Positions 9,802 to 23,217 of a stretch of 64,000 nt of DNA are shown one piece after another; position 1 is the stretch's first letter; each line of letters begins with the position of its first letter. The position numbers and the translations under genes were made by a program. The notes below the pieces were generated by a model. The model was not told the origin of the DNA. It made no database searches and was given only the letters and a program-made list of their open reading frames with translations. The stretch comes from Octopus vulgaris. Taxonomy: Eukaryota. Where the stretch lies: NCBI GenBank assembly GCA_951406725.2, contig OX597815.1, forward strand, positions 193,812,001 to 193,876,000, given 5' to 3'.

Positions 9802-11873
9802 GGATCTTTGTGGTTTTCGTCACTGTTAACAATTTTTATTCTAATTGTTTTCAAATTTGGTATATGGGTTAAGTTTTGTATACTAACTATGAAAATGAAA
9901 TTCATTTTCCCTATAAATCCACAATTAAAATGTTATTAGCATTTAAATTTTTCAAAAATGTGGGTGTTTTAGCCAATCAGAAGTGAATACTTTACACATC
10001 ACACTGGCGAAGTAACCAAAGCAAAGAAGCACCACGTGTTGCATAGCTGATTGCGAAGAACTCTGTTTCCATGATAACCGAAGAGGCTGTGCATGCGCAC
10101 AAGAAGTGTAACCACTAAATTGAGTGTAATCAACAAACTGAGAATACCTGGGCATCTTTAAAGCGTGGAAACAAACGCCAGTGTGGGACACACCTTTCCA
10201 TGGTTGACTCTTTGTGAATTTATGTGGTGTAGGAGATATGAGAGAGTTTATCTTATAAAATCCTAAAATGTAATACAAACTTTCGTTCTTGAGTTTCTTT
10301 ACTAATAAATGTCTGTTTTAAGCAACGTTTTGACTGTTATTTCTAGCAACTCCTGTTGGTTTGCCCGTAGCTTTTAAATATTTAATTTACTCGCGAATGT
10401 TTTAATGTTTTTCGCTGTTTACTTTGCTCGTGTATATTTTAATGTTTTAGACTGTTATTTCTAGCAACTCATGTTGGTTTGTTCGTAGCTTTTAAATATA
10501 TAATTTGCTCACGAAAGTTTTAATGTTTTTCACTGTTTACTTTGCTCGTGTATATTTTAATGTTTTAGACTGTTATTTCTAGCAACTCATGTTGGTTTGT
10601 TCGTAGCTTTTAAATATTTAATTTACTCGCGAATGTTTTAATGTTTTTCGCTGTTTACTTTGCTCGTGTATATTTTAATGTTTTAGACTGTTATTTCTAG
10701 CAACTCATGTTGGTTTGTTCGTAGCTTTTAAATATTTAATTTGCTCGCGAAAGTTTTAATGTTTTTCGCTGTTTACTTTGCTCGTGTATATTTTAATGTT
10801 TTAGACTGTTATTTCTAGCAACTCATGTTGGTTTGTTCGTAGCTTTTAAATATTTAATTTGCTCGCGAAAGTTTTAACGTTTTTCGCTGTTTACTTTGCT
10901 CGTGTATATTTTAATGTTTTAGACTGTTATTTCTAGCAACTCATATTGGTTTGTTCGTAGCTTTTAAATATTTAATTTGCTCGCGTGAGTTTTAACGTTT
11001 TTCGCTGTTTACTTTGCTCGTGTATATTTTAATGTTTTAGACTGTTATTTCTAGCAACTCATATTGGTTTGTTCGTAGCTTTTAAATATTTAATTTACTC
11101 GCGTGAGTTTTAACGTTTTTCGCTGTTTACTTTGCTCGTGTATATTTTAATGTTTTAGACTGTTATTTCTAGCAACTCATGTTGGTTTGTTCGTAGCTTT
11201 TAAATATTTAATTTACTCGCGAAAGTTTTAACGTTTTTCGCTGTTTACTTTGCTCGTGTATATTTTAAGGTTTTAGACTGTTATTTCTAGCAACTCATAT
11301 TGGTTTGTTCGTAGCTTTTAAATATTTAATTTGCTCGCGTGAGTTTTAACGTTTTTCGCTGTTTACTTTGCTCGTGTATATTTTAATGTTTTAGACTGTT
11401 ATTTCTAGCAACTCATGTTGGTTTGTTCGTAGCTTTTAAATATTTAATTTGCTCGCGAAAGTTTTAATGTTTTTCGCTGTTTACTTTGCTCGTGTATATT
11501 TTGATGTTTTAGGCTGTTATTTCTAGCAACTCATGTTGGTTTGTTCGTAGCTTTTAAATATTCAATTTGCTCGCGAATGTTTTAATGTTTTTCACCGTTT
11601 ACTGTAGCTAGTTTAATATTCTGACATGCCGGTGACACTCACGCACCCACCCCCATGATGGAAGAGGCTACGAACGCGCTGTTTTCTGATTGGCTGAAAA
11701 TTCTGAAAATTATCAAACTTTGAACACCCTCCAGCACTTTTGCAAAATTTTTCTGGAATAAATCACAAATTCGGACACAGCGTCAAAAATTACATTTATT
11801 TGATACATTAGAATTGGTTTGGGTTTTTTTTTTAAAGATAACTCTAAAAGAATGACGAATACTACGAAGATCC
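9802..11873. mobile_element. Non-autonomous TIR element containing an internal satellite
   Basis: Imperfect 21-bp TIRs GGATCTTTGTGGTTTTCGTCA / TGACGAATACTACGAAGATCC (3 mismatches); subterminal inverted AGCCAATCAGAA / TTCTGATTGGCT. No clear TSD. Confidence 0.55.
10332..11603. repeat. Tandem array of 118-bp units, ~10.8 copies
   Basis: GACTGTTATTTCTAGCAACTC starts at 10332, 10450, 10568, 10686, 10804, 10922, 11040, 11158, 11276, 11394 and 11512. Confidence 0.97.
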
Positions 11874-11931
11874 AACTTCTATATTTGAAACGGGTTTTAT
11901 TGGAAGGTTGCGAAATAAGAGACAGACAAAC

Positions 11932-12221
11932 CTGTTGAACTTCTGCTGAAGTCGGTTCTTGGTTAATGACAATATGGAGATCAGCTTTCTGCGTACCACT
12001 TGCGGTCTTTTCGGCATCCTCTTTCTCTTCCAGTTTTATTTCCTCTTCGAGATTTTCATTCTCTTCAACTTCCACATTTTTTTCCACAGTTACGGTCTCT
12101 TGTGTAGTGGTTACCTGTACCACAGTTTTTTCTTCCGGCTGTGGAACGATAATCGTCGTTGTATTTTCTGACGTTTCTGACACTTCCGTCTTCACCACAA
12201 CTTCAGTTGTGACAGTTTCAG
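11932..12221 (-). CDS. Probable internal host exon encoding an E/T/V/K-rich low-complexity peptide (AETVTTEVVVKTEVSE...EPTSAEVQQ)
   Basis: Open frame with protein-like composition; acceptor TATTCTTGCAG| and donor CAG|GTTTGT; 290 bp, phase 1 to phase 0. Confidence 0.7.
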
Positions 12222-12263
12222 CTGCAAGAATACATAAATATGTATATGATATACATACATACA

Positions 12264-12361
<98 letters not shown>

Positions 12362-12522
12362 AAATTAGAAAAAAAACACCTTTTATCAATTCAAAATGAA
12401 CAATTAAATTACACCATCTAGAAAATTACATATAATAGAAATATTAGATATAAAATAACACTAATATACCGATGATTAAGTAATGTGCAAAATAAGAAAT
12501 AAAACGCATATAGTTGGTAGAA

Positions 12523-12609
12523 TAACGACACGTGTTTCGGGGCTATATTTAAGAAATTAATAGTAGTAGTAAAATCACTTTGATATAAATATTGCCACTC
12601 ATCAGGTTA
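12523..12609 (-). ncRNA. Type-I hammerhead ribozyme motif in a pLTR-like repeat between (TA)n tracts
   Basis: TAAC-CTGATGA-GTGGCAATATTTA...TAAATATAGCCCC-GAAAC-ACGT-GTC-GTTA; palindromic stem III ACACGTGT. Confidence 0.78.
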
Positions 12610-12681
12610 AAATTAAATTAAAATAATAAAATAATTAATTAATAAATATACGTAAATAATCTTTTAAAATATAAATATATT

Positions 12682-12722
<41 letters not shown>

Positions 12723-12949
12723 ATACTAAATATACATTAAGTGAAAACTAAATACAATACTTAAATTATACAATACTTGAAAATTAATTAATATACACAA
12801 AGCTAGTACAAGCCATTAATATTGGAATCAAAATAAGAAATGATTCAAATATAGACATACTTCTTAAATAAACTAACTATATAATTAATATATAAGTGTA
12901 GTTTCTATAGATTTAATATATCACTCAATAATATAGTTGATCAATATAT

Positions 12950-13732
12950 GTTTTCGTTTCTCATTGTGTTCAACGTTTTTGTATGTCCTGTACCCATATA
13001 TGCATGTATATATGTATATATACATATATATGCAGGTATGTATATATATACATATATGTATATATGCATATATTTATATATTATCTATATTATATATATA
13101 TATATATAATATATAAATATATGCATATATACATACATATATATATACATACCTACATATATATGTATAGATACATATATACATGCATATATGGGTACAG
13201 GACATAAAAAAATGTTGAACACAATGGGAAACGAAAACATAGAAATGAACTTTTTTTCGAACAACGAAAAAAAACAAACAGAGAAACGAGACATACAACA
13301 TAAAGAATATTCCCCTTCTTCAGTCGTCCCTGTTTCATCTACTCCGCGTTCGAAGGTAAGGACAAGACGCGACTTCGTTGAAACAGTCCTTCCCACAAAG
13401 CAAATTAAATAAAGTTTGGGATTTTTTGCGGAGGGTGAAAATGGTAACAAGAACAGGACAGTGAGAGCAAAACAGTAAAAACAAACGTTGAGGTCTGTTA
13501 AGCCAAGACGATGGAAAAATTGTTCTGAACGCTAGGAAGACGAGCTTATGAAGGAGACAGCATAAGCACGCTGTTGTCTTTACTAAGGTAGTAGTCAGAA
13601 AGATAGATTCTCTTTCGTCATGTGACAGCGACGAGAGAGTCGAGGAGGAATGAGAGAGAGGGGACGGTGAAGAGGAGAGGAGAAGAATAGGGAAGAATGG
13701 GAGAGAAAACCAGAAAGGATGAAGAACAAGAG

Positions 13733-13740
<8 letters not shown>
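12950..13740. repeat. Inverted repeat termini around a TA-rich microsatellite plus adjoining repeat (Penelope-like end)
   Basis: TTTTCGTTTCTCATTGTGTTCAAC...GTACCCATATATGC at ~12951 is inverted at ~13185-13238. Confidence 0.5.
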
Positions 13741-13793
<53 letters not shown>

Positions 13794-13794
<1 letters not shown>

Positions 13795-14999
13795 CAGGTC
13801 ATCCCATAAGTTTTATCCAAATTTTGAATAAGGAAAACAATTGATCAAATGTTATATTTAATTGAAATTTAATCATCAATGTACTTTCACTGATTATCTA
13901 TGACTGCCTTCCATCTATTTACAAGCTTTTTAATCCCATCAATGTAAAACTCTTTTGGTTTTAAAGCGAAGGACTCTGAAATGTCAGTTTCGACCTCCTC
14001 CTGGCTAGCGAAAGTTATGTCCCCCAAATGATTCTGTAAACTACGAAACAAATGATAGTCTGAAGGAGCAAGGTCGGGAGAATAAGTTGTATGAGGAAGT
14101 TTTTCCCAACCAACCTCTTCGATCTTCTCTGATGTGATCTTTGCAGTGTGAGGTCGCACATTGTCCTGATGAAACATCACTCCTTTTCTTTAAAGCTTGG
14201 TTCAAACGCTCTAATTACTGACAGTAGACTTGAGCATTGATTGTTGCATTAGATAGTAACAATTCAAAATGAATTATTCCTTCGCAATCCCACCAGATAG
14301 AGAGAAGAACCTTTTCCCCATGAAGTTCCCTTCTCGTTGTGCTTTTCCCCTTTTACCAAGCCAGTGTTTATGACGTTTAACATTTCGATAGAAGATCCAT
14401 TTTTCGTTACCAGTCACAAGTCTATCCCAAACTCAGGATTTGCGGTTGCTTTCGGACAATTCATGAGGCACACATTTTCCAAGTTTAGGAACCATTCCAA
14501 GTTGTTGAAGATAACGATGAACAGTTGTATGGTTTGAACTAAGCTTTATTGCCATTTCTCCAACTGATAATGCAGGATTTTCTTCAAGTAGTGCCCCAAG
14601 GAGCTTATGATCAAACTCAACTGGACGTCATGTTCGATCTTCATCTTCAAGGCTGAAATCTCCACTTCTGAATTTTGCAAACCATCTTCTGCAAGTTCTT
14701 TCATTCAAGCATTCTTTCCCACAAACTGAGTATATGTTTCGAGTCACTTCGGCTGCAGAGTTTCCTTTTTTGTACTCATAAAGCATTATGTGCCTTAAAT
14801 GCTCTTTGGATACTTCCATGTTAGAAACGGTTTTAATCAAAGGAATTTTAATTGTATTATTCTGTAAAATAATATTCAATTAGTTTTAATGTACACAAAT
14901 GCATAAAAAATAATTTAAAATTCTATTAGACATTCTAAAATACTATTAAATTTCATTTATTTTTAAAAAGTTAAAATCCGACAGAACATATGGGATGAC

Positions 15000-15003
<4 letters not shown>
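13794..15003 (-). mobile_element. Mariner (DD34D) transposon, decayed
   Basis: TIRs TCAGGTCATCCCATA.. inside (TA)n. HTH fragment HLRHIMLYEYKKG...RRWFAKFRSGDFSLED; catalytic HQDNVRPH...YSPDLAPSD with 34 residues between the aspartates. Confidence 0.93.
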
Positions 15004-15058
<55 letters not shown>

Positions 15059-15069
15059 TTATATATATT

Positions 15070-15267
15070 CTTTTCTAATCTAGGCACTTGGCCCGAAATT
15101 TTAGGGGAGGAGGATAGTCGATTAGATCGACCCCAGTACGAAACTGGTACTTAATTTATCGACCCCGAAAGGATGAAAGGCAAAGTCGACCTCGGTGGAA
15201 TTTGAATTTAGAACGTAAAGACAGACGGAATACCGCTAAACATTTCGCCCGGGGTGCTAACGTTTCT
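15070..15267 (-). mobile_element. SINE family A, alternative-tail variant
   Basis: Family A body with a CCCCTAAAATTTCGGGCC..GTGCCTAG tail. Confidence 0.8.
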
Positions 15268-15359
15268 ATATTGAAAGGAAGAGACATTCATCCCATTTGG
15301 TAGAAAATGAAAGGCCTACGCTCGTGTCACAAGCCTATAAAAAAGTCTAAGCGGAGCCT

Positions 15360-16230
15360 TCAACAATATCACCCAAAATCTTCCCATCCTCACAGGAGAT
15401 AAAACAATGAACAAAATTTTAAGCCCATACAAAATTATCAAAAGCAAAATGCAATCGAAATCACTGAAAAAAATATTAACCAGCGCAAGACTATATTCAT
15501 TAACAACGGAACCAAAAGTGAAAAAATGTGGTCGACCTAACTGTGATACATGCCCCCACCTTTTGGAGGGTTCAGAATTCCACTTTAAATAAGGTGAAAT
15601 ATTTAAGATTAAATCAAATTTTACCTGTGCCTCGGAAAATCTAATCTATGCCATGACATGCTTAGGATGTGGTAACAATTATATTGGCCAAACAGGAATA
15701 TCACTCCGTCGAAGAATTACTCTCCACAAAGAATAAATCCGCCACCCACAATACAGACAGTTACAGGTTAGTGAACACACAGAAAGGTGTGCTAGGAATC
15801 TTAATCTTAATTTCCTAATTTCCCCTTCTATCAATGTTCACAGAACACCTCAATGCAACAAAGAATGAATAAAGAGGCAACTTTCATCAATAAATATCTT
15901 CCACAACTAAATACAGAAAACTACTAACCTTTCAATTAATACCACTAACCCCCATGCATCTCTTACACCATTCACATTACAATTCTATATCTAACTTAAT
16001 TGCACCAAATCCAGAACAACTAACCTCTCTTATACATAATCTTTTTCTTCGGGGACTATTAGACCCGACAACGTTCATTAATCGGTGTGCATTCAAAGCA
16101 ATGAATAATTGTATTCAAAGCAATGATTAGTAACTTACGAAACCGGTATGCTTTTGAATCTCTTTAACAATTCACAATAATGACTTTTATTACTTTTATT
16201 CCTACTTCAGTTCATCTAATTGTATATATC
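15360..16230 (+). pseudogene. Penelope-like element 3' part: Zn-knuckle linker, GIY-YIG endonuclease and pLTR
   Basis: KKCGRPNCDTC...FTCASENLIYAMTCLGCGNNYIGQT..LRRRITLH with in-frame stops; degenerate hammerhead at 16113-16159. Confidence 0.9.
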
Positions 16231-16310
16231 TTTCGTTACTTTTCATAAAAAGCCTTTGCTTTTTTGATTTCCAATGTGCAAATTCGCTTATTTTTCTTAT
16301 ACCCCACCCG

Positions 16311-16402
<92 letters not shown>

Positions 16403-16405
16403 GTG

Positions 16406-16444
<39 letters not shown>

Positions 16445-16662
16445 ATTTATATATATACGTGTATATATATACATATATATACATGTGCATACATATATAC
16501 ACACATATATATATACATGTGTATACATACACATATATATACATGCATATATATATATATACATATACATATAGATATATGCATATACATATATACATAT
16601 ACATTTATATACATATAAATACGTTATAAATATATATAAATATACATTTATATATATATATA

Positions 16663-16732
<70 letters not shown>

Positions 16733-16779
16733 ATTTTTCACTCTTTAATTTTGTACCCTCTCCACAATCCTTCCGTGGT

Positions 16780-17150
16780 TCCTCTCCTCTGACTAATGCG
16801 ATCCTATGAAATTGTCGGTTGCCCATCTGATGTATCATGGAATTTGACACTGCTGTCAACTGTGCTTCATGTCGAGCCATTGGTTCGTCTGGTATTGTGG
16901 TCAGGAGAGTGACCAGTTTTTTTTTGAAGACTTCCACATCTATATCGTGTAAGTTCCTCAATTGTTTTGGCAGAGCATTGAAGGGCTGTGGTCCTCTGAA
17001 CCCTAGGCTATTGCAGTACCTGTTTCTTATAATAGATGCAATGCACGGTGCCTTCGGTACTATGCAGTGGTGTCCAGTGCGAACATTCATATAACACTTG
17101 ATGCCAATATTGGGCACCAGCCCTTCCAGTTTTTTCCACATGTAAATGAC
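16780..17150 (-). pseudogene. CR1-group LINE ORF2 C-terminal remnant
   Basis: YMWKKLEGLVPN...NSLGFRGPQPFNALPKQLRN...FKKKL....IPDEP. Confidence 0.8.
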
Positions 17151-17230
17151 TGGAAATGAAAAATCTTAGCAAAATAGCCGTGGATGATATTCAATTTTTA
17201 AAAAATTTGTATCAGAATTGAAACTAATAA

Positions 17231-18001
17231 CCCTTTCTACTATGAACACAAAACCTGGGATTTGAGTGGGGGGGGGGGCATAGTCGATCACATTGACTCC
17301 AGTACTTGACTGGTACTTAATTTATTGGCATCCGAAAGGATGAAAGGCAAAGTCGACCTCGGCGAAATTTGAACTCAGAACGTAACGACGGGCGTAATAC
17401 CTATTTTTTATTGCCCACAAGGGGCTAAAGATAGAGGAGACAAACAAGGACAGACAAATGGATTAAGTCGATTATATCGACCCCGGTACGTAACTGGTAC
17501 TTAATTTATCGACCCCGAAAGGATGAAAGGTAAAGTCGACCTCGGCGGAATTTGAACTCAGAACATAGCGGCGGACGAAATACCTATTTCTTTACTACCC
17601 ACAGGGGGCTAAACACAGAGGGGACAAACAAAGACAGACAAACGGATTAAATCGATTATATCGACCCCAGTGCGTAACTGGTACTTAATTTATTGACCCC
17701 GAAAGGATGAAAGGTAAAGTCGACCTTGGCGGAATTTGAACTCAGAACAGCGGCGGAGGAAATACCTATTTCTTTACTACCCACAGGGGGCTAAACACAG
17801 AGGGCACAAACAAGGACAGACAAACGGATTAAATCGATTATATCGACCCCAGTGCGTAACTGGTACTTAATTTATCGACCCCGAAAGGATGAAAGGCAAT
17901 GTCGACCTCGGCAGAATTTGAACTCAGAACGTAACAGCGGACGAAATACCACAAAGCATTTTGCCCGGCGTGCTAAAGTTTCTGCCAGCTCGCCGTCTTA
18001 C
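17231..18001 (-). mobile_element. SINE family A tetramer (head, three ~184-bp units, one unit with alternative tail)
   Basis: Junctions (G/A)AAATA|GGTATT at ~17400, ~17583 and ~17765; a single TSD TTGAAACTAATAA at 17218-17230 and 18002-18014. Confidence 0.88.
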
Positions 18002-18337
18002 TTGAAACTAATAATGTGAATAAAAGACATTGTGTATATTCTCTGTGTAGTTTCGTATTCATTAATTGTATAGAATTACAAGTAAATAAAAATTAAAGAA
18101 ATAATTGCGTAATAAGGAATATGCAATTATACATTAATTTTGTAGTTTCAATAGAATTAATGATTAACGAATGATATGTGCATTAAGTATTATATCGATT
18201 GTTATTGAATATTTTTCTGTCATTTATTGTACAAACAACAATAAAATTTATATGCAATAAAAATGCAGATCATCCATTCTTTCCTAAATAGCTCCTCTAA
18301 TATCTTTTCGTTCCATGAAATATCACGGGGCCCGCTA

Positions 18338-18415
<78 letters not shown>

Positions 18416-18421
18416 GTATAT

Positions 18422-19090
18422 ACAAAAGAAGGTTTGAAAATGCAATTTTAAAAATTGTTTCTTTACCGGTTTCACTCTTTGGAAAAAGATTGTCAAAAGT
18501 AACATGTAGAAGTTTGGTTGCATTAGTTATTGGTTGTTACAAAATGCTACATTACATATATACGGTCTTTGATAACAAGGACATGCTAAGGACATAAAAA
18601 AGTTTAACAAGTTCCTTAAAATATTGGGCACAAAAGATTGGGCACATAAATATTGGGCACATAAATATATATTCTCAAGAACATGTCAAAGATAGTTTCC
18701 AGAAGGAATTATTAGAAAGTTCAGTGGGATATTGGTATTGTATCTGTATATTCAAACACGCACAGAATATTGGTTGACACAGAGTACTACAATGCATATA
18801 TATACATTCTTTGGTGAAAAGAGCATGTTAAGAACATAAAAAAGTTTAACAAGTTCATTGAAATATTGGGCACAAAAGATAACAACAAGTATATACATTC
18901 TCAAGATAATTTTCAGAAGGAATTATATTGGTAAACACGCACAGAATATTATGAGTTCAAAAAGGTTTACATTATAATAGTAGGGAAGCTAAAACTGACC
19001 TGTCCACCATGTTAACATAAATGTAACTTTTATGTTAACATAAAGTAAATAAACATCTTTTAAAATTGCATTTTCAAACCTTCTTTCGTA
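18422..19090 (-). mobile_element. AT-rich Penelope pLTR-like repeat with an inverted terminal segment and a variant hammerhead (18461-18499)
   Basis: Same family as 8430-9028; minus-strand motif CTT-TTGACAA-TCTTT TTCC AAAGA GT-GAAAC-CG-GTA-AAG. Confidence 0.55.
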
Positions 19091-19095
19091 TATAT

Positions 19096-19715
<620 letters not shown>

Positions 19716-20175
19716 AAGTATATATACTTAGGCTTTTGTTATTTTTCTGTTGACTTCTTTTTTTTTTTATCAAATAAATTACTGACTTCGTTTCCGCCTA
19801 CTTAGTGCTCTATTTAAATGATTCTGTGCAGTTCAGAGACCGTTCTGAATAATTTAGCTATCTATATTAATTGTAATTACTATTTCTCCAAATGAAGTTC
19901 AATTAATATTTATCTGTTCGTCCCTTCTGTTTCATTGTCTTAAGAGCACGAATACTCATTCAATGAACTTCATTATCAAATGGTTTATCCAATAGGCAAA
20001 TCCTATAAAAAATAAATTTTATAATATGGCCAATGGCCCAAAAGAAAATTTTCGATTACTTTTCGTGATTAAATCAAGTATGTCACTATCTTCTGGTTTT
20101 GAAATTCTCGAACACAATTGTGTTTTTATGATAATAATGAATTTTCATATACATTGTACATATGTATATGCATGC

Positions 20176-20249
<74 letters not shown>

Positions 20250-20266
20250 GTTTATTTGTACTTGTG

Positions 20267-20298
<32 letters not shown>

Positions 20299-20439
20299 CA
20301 TGCACATAAGTTGTAATAATGAAGTCAAACCAAATAGTGATATTTTGTTTTTGTATTTAATATGTACGTTTCAGGTCTTTATAATATATAATAGGAAACG
20401 CATCCATTATGTAAGACTTTCTTCAGTTAAAATATTTCA

Positions 20440-21590
20440 AAATATCACTATTTAGTTTGTCTTTATTACGGCTAAAACGATTCGATGACCGTTCAAAGTA
20501 GCCGGTCCAGACTCCGCTTATGCAGATATCCTTAGGAATAGTTTGTTATATTTGGCACGAGCCGAAAATTCTAGTACCGTACACCGCTTCTTGGTGTAAC
20601 ACGGGATAATTAAAATCTCTACAGCTTAATTTGATATCTTGGGAAAGTCATTGCCTAGATCGATATGCATGGTGTAAAATGTGTCCAGATGCATCCAAAC
20701 AATGAGTTGAAGAAAAAGAACTACAGAAAAACTGTCCCGCAATCAACAGACACACTTACCCAATCCCAGGCAAAATCAAAATTATCAATGTCCCCATTGC
20801 GACTTCATAGCAAAATCTATATCTGGACTTGTGAGGAATTTTTTGAGGGACTTCGATTGTCTTTTACTTTTGATTGTTTTGTGTATTTCGAATGCTTGTT
20901 TCATTCTTGGGTCTTGTTTTAATAGTGGGATGTTCTGGTGAATAATATTGTAAACCTCTGTGTTTCTTGGGTTGTGTGTTGTAATAAAGGGTAGGGTATT
21001 GGATGTATTTGCAGAGTGTTTTGTTTTTTGCAGTTCTTCCATATTTATTGCTTTGGCACGTGCTATTCCGTTGTTTATTAACATTTATGGATATTGTCTT
21101 TTAAGTAGTATTTGTTTTAGTTCCTGGAGTCTTTTATTGCGAGTTTCAGGGTTTGAGACAATTGTGCAGGTTCTTCTTGCTTGATTAAAGGAATATTATT
21201 CTTCGTGTGTTTGGAATGGCATGAGGAGGACAGTAAGTATTGTTTAGAGTCTGTTTATTTGCAGTGATTATCTGTTTCAATGTTTTTATCTCTTTTGATG
21301 ATTAGTATATCCAGGAATGGTAGTTGTGTTTTACTGTATTCCTTGGTAAACTTAATATTATTGTTTATGCAGTCGATTAGATTTTTGAAATCTATAAGTT
21401 GTTCAAATGTGCGCGCCCATAGGATTAAGTAGTCATCTGAGTAACGTTTCCAGTTTTCTAGTAGATATCTGTGGAAGTTTAAGCCATATATTAATTTAGA
21501 TTGCTCATATATCTGGACCTCCATGTATGCCATGACTTGACTAGAGTAAGTCGGAGCAACTTTTGTCTCCATCGCTATCCCAAATATTTG
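20440..21590 (-). pseudogene. Penelope-like element reverse transcriptase/thumb remnant
   Basis: GIAMETKVAPTY..., WKRYSDD, IKFTKE..LPFLDI, TDSKQYL..SCH, LPFITTHNP, KSKRQSKSLKK; stops and frameshifts. Confidence 0.88.
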
Positions 21591-21660
21591 TTTGTAAATA
21601 TTGCCATCGAATCAAAAAAAAAAAAAAGAAGTGTATTCCCACGCAAGAAAAAATATAAAA

Positions 21661-21733
21661 TTTTGAAAATGCACCTGAATTTGAAAACTTTAAAGCAGTT
21701 ACATGTTTTTCAAATTTAGGTGCATTTTCAAAA
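21661..21733. repeat. Short hairpin at the 5'-truncation side of the Penelope remnant
   Basis: TTTTGAAAATGCACCTGAATTTGAAAA / TTTTCAAATTTAGGTGCATTTTCAAAA. Confidence 0.8.
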
Positions 21734-22462
21734 ACAAATTCTGATATATATTTATATATGTATCAAATAGGTGTCTTATAAAACTATTCCGCACATACAA
21801 TAACAGCCATACCAACAATCCAACACACCTCCATCATCAGTTGTCCCCACAGATATCACTATGGTTTCGATACCTGGACAGTACCACTCAATCCGGTGGT
21901 GTCAACAGCACTAAAAAATAAGTGTTGTTTGGGAACAAACATACCTTAAATATAACCACATTCATTCCATCTTAATTCTAGGAAGGACTAAGCACCAGTA
22001 TTATTAATTAAACTGCGACAAAGAAACCACATTTACCCTGTGTACGAAAAACAGTATCGGTAAATTAATAACTGACTCCTAAATTATCTAACTAAACAGC
22101 GACATAGCCTTTGAAGTCCGTACAGATAATTCTCCCACCGGTCTTCCATAGTTATTAATATAAACGTGAAAGCTTTTATATTCTATTCTTTCCAAAACAA
22201 GACAAACTCGATTGAACTTAACTAATATTATAAAACTAATTCGAAGTGAATTACACTATTTCATAACCCATAAATTAATTAAAACACCCCATACGTATTA
22301 AATATTCGTTATACTTATGTGCTTTAATGTTAAACTTATACCCGTAATTTATATATATATATATATATATATACATCTCTTTCTAATTCCTTCGGTATGC
22401 GGCGAGGCAGCCTGCTGCCCGCCCTTTAATTATTTTCACTATATATATATATATATATATAT

Positions 22463-22758
22463 CACCGTGATCACCGTGACCGACCAGGCTATCAGATGTT
22501 GCTACACATCGCTGGTCACAATGCGCTTTGCCTTGTTTTAGCCTTCAAGTGATGCCACTTTGCTGGGTAAGCAAGCAGGCCAACAGAAGAAAGAGTGAGA
22601 GAAAGTTGTGACGAAAGAATACAGCAGGGATCGCCACTACCCCCTGCCGGAGCCTCGTGGAGCTTTAGGTGTTTTCGCTCAATAAACACTCACAACACCC
22701 GGTCTGGGAATCGAAACTGCGAGTCCGGTGCCCTAACCTCTGGGCCATTGCGCCTCCA
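22463..22758 (-). mobile_element. SINE family C, second tail variant
   Basis: Family C head with a different 3' region ending CACGGTGATCACGGTGAT. Confidence 0.8.
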
Positions 22759-22861
22759 CATGTATATATATGTGTGTGTGTGTGTATGTGTGTATGTATG
22801 TATGTATGTATGTATGTATGTATGTATGTATGTGTGTATGTATGTATATGGTCATTCAAAA

Positions 22862-23045
22862 TGTGACCGCGTGTGTACCGTTGGCGATTTTTTTCCTCTG
22901 TCTTCCCTTCTCTGGATCTTTCCTTTCACCTATGTTTCCGACGAAGAGCTCCGCTCGAAACGTTAAACCCTCTTTCTTTATATTTGTTCCACGTCCTCGC
23001 GTTGTTGTGTTTTTTTTTGTGCTTTCATGTTTGGATTAACTTTAT
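22862..23045 (+). mobile_element. Penelope pLTR-like repeat with a variant hammerhead (22934-22968)
   Basis: GTTT-CCGACGA-A-GAGC TCC GCTC-GAAAC-GTT-AAAC; near-identical to 58778-58985. Confidence 0.65.
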
Positions 23046-23217
23046 ATATATATATATATATAGTCATGGTATATTCTGTTAACAATGCAGTAGAGTGAAG
23101 TATAAAGCTCGTACACCTCCATGATTCACCCTGTGCTAGCCAGTGAGTAGTATCATACGTACTTCCAGGTTTGCGCTTGGGCATCTGTCGTGTGTGAATG
23201 GATAACAGAAAAAAATT

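Noticed and set aside
10332-11603. CRISPR-like regular array
   Set aside because: Whole 118-bp units repeat with no unique spacers, there are no cas genes, and the context is eukaryotic; it is a tandem satellite.
16202-16741. Long ORFs rich in YI, HT, CV or MYVC (also 7052-8393, 48209-49458, 51079-51744 and others)
   Set aside because: Translations of (TA)n, (CA)n and (TATG)n microsatellites.
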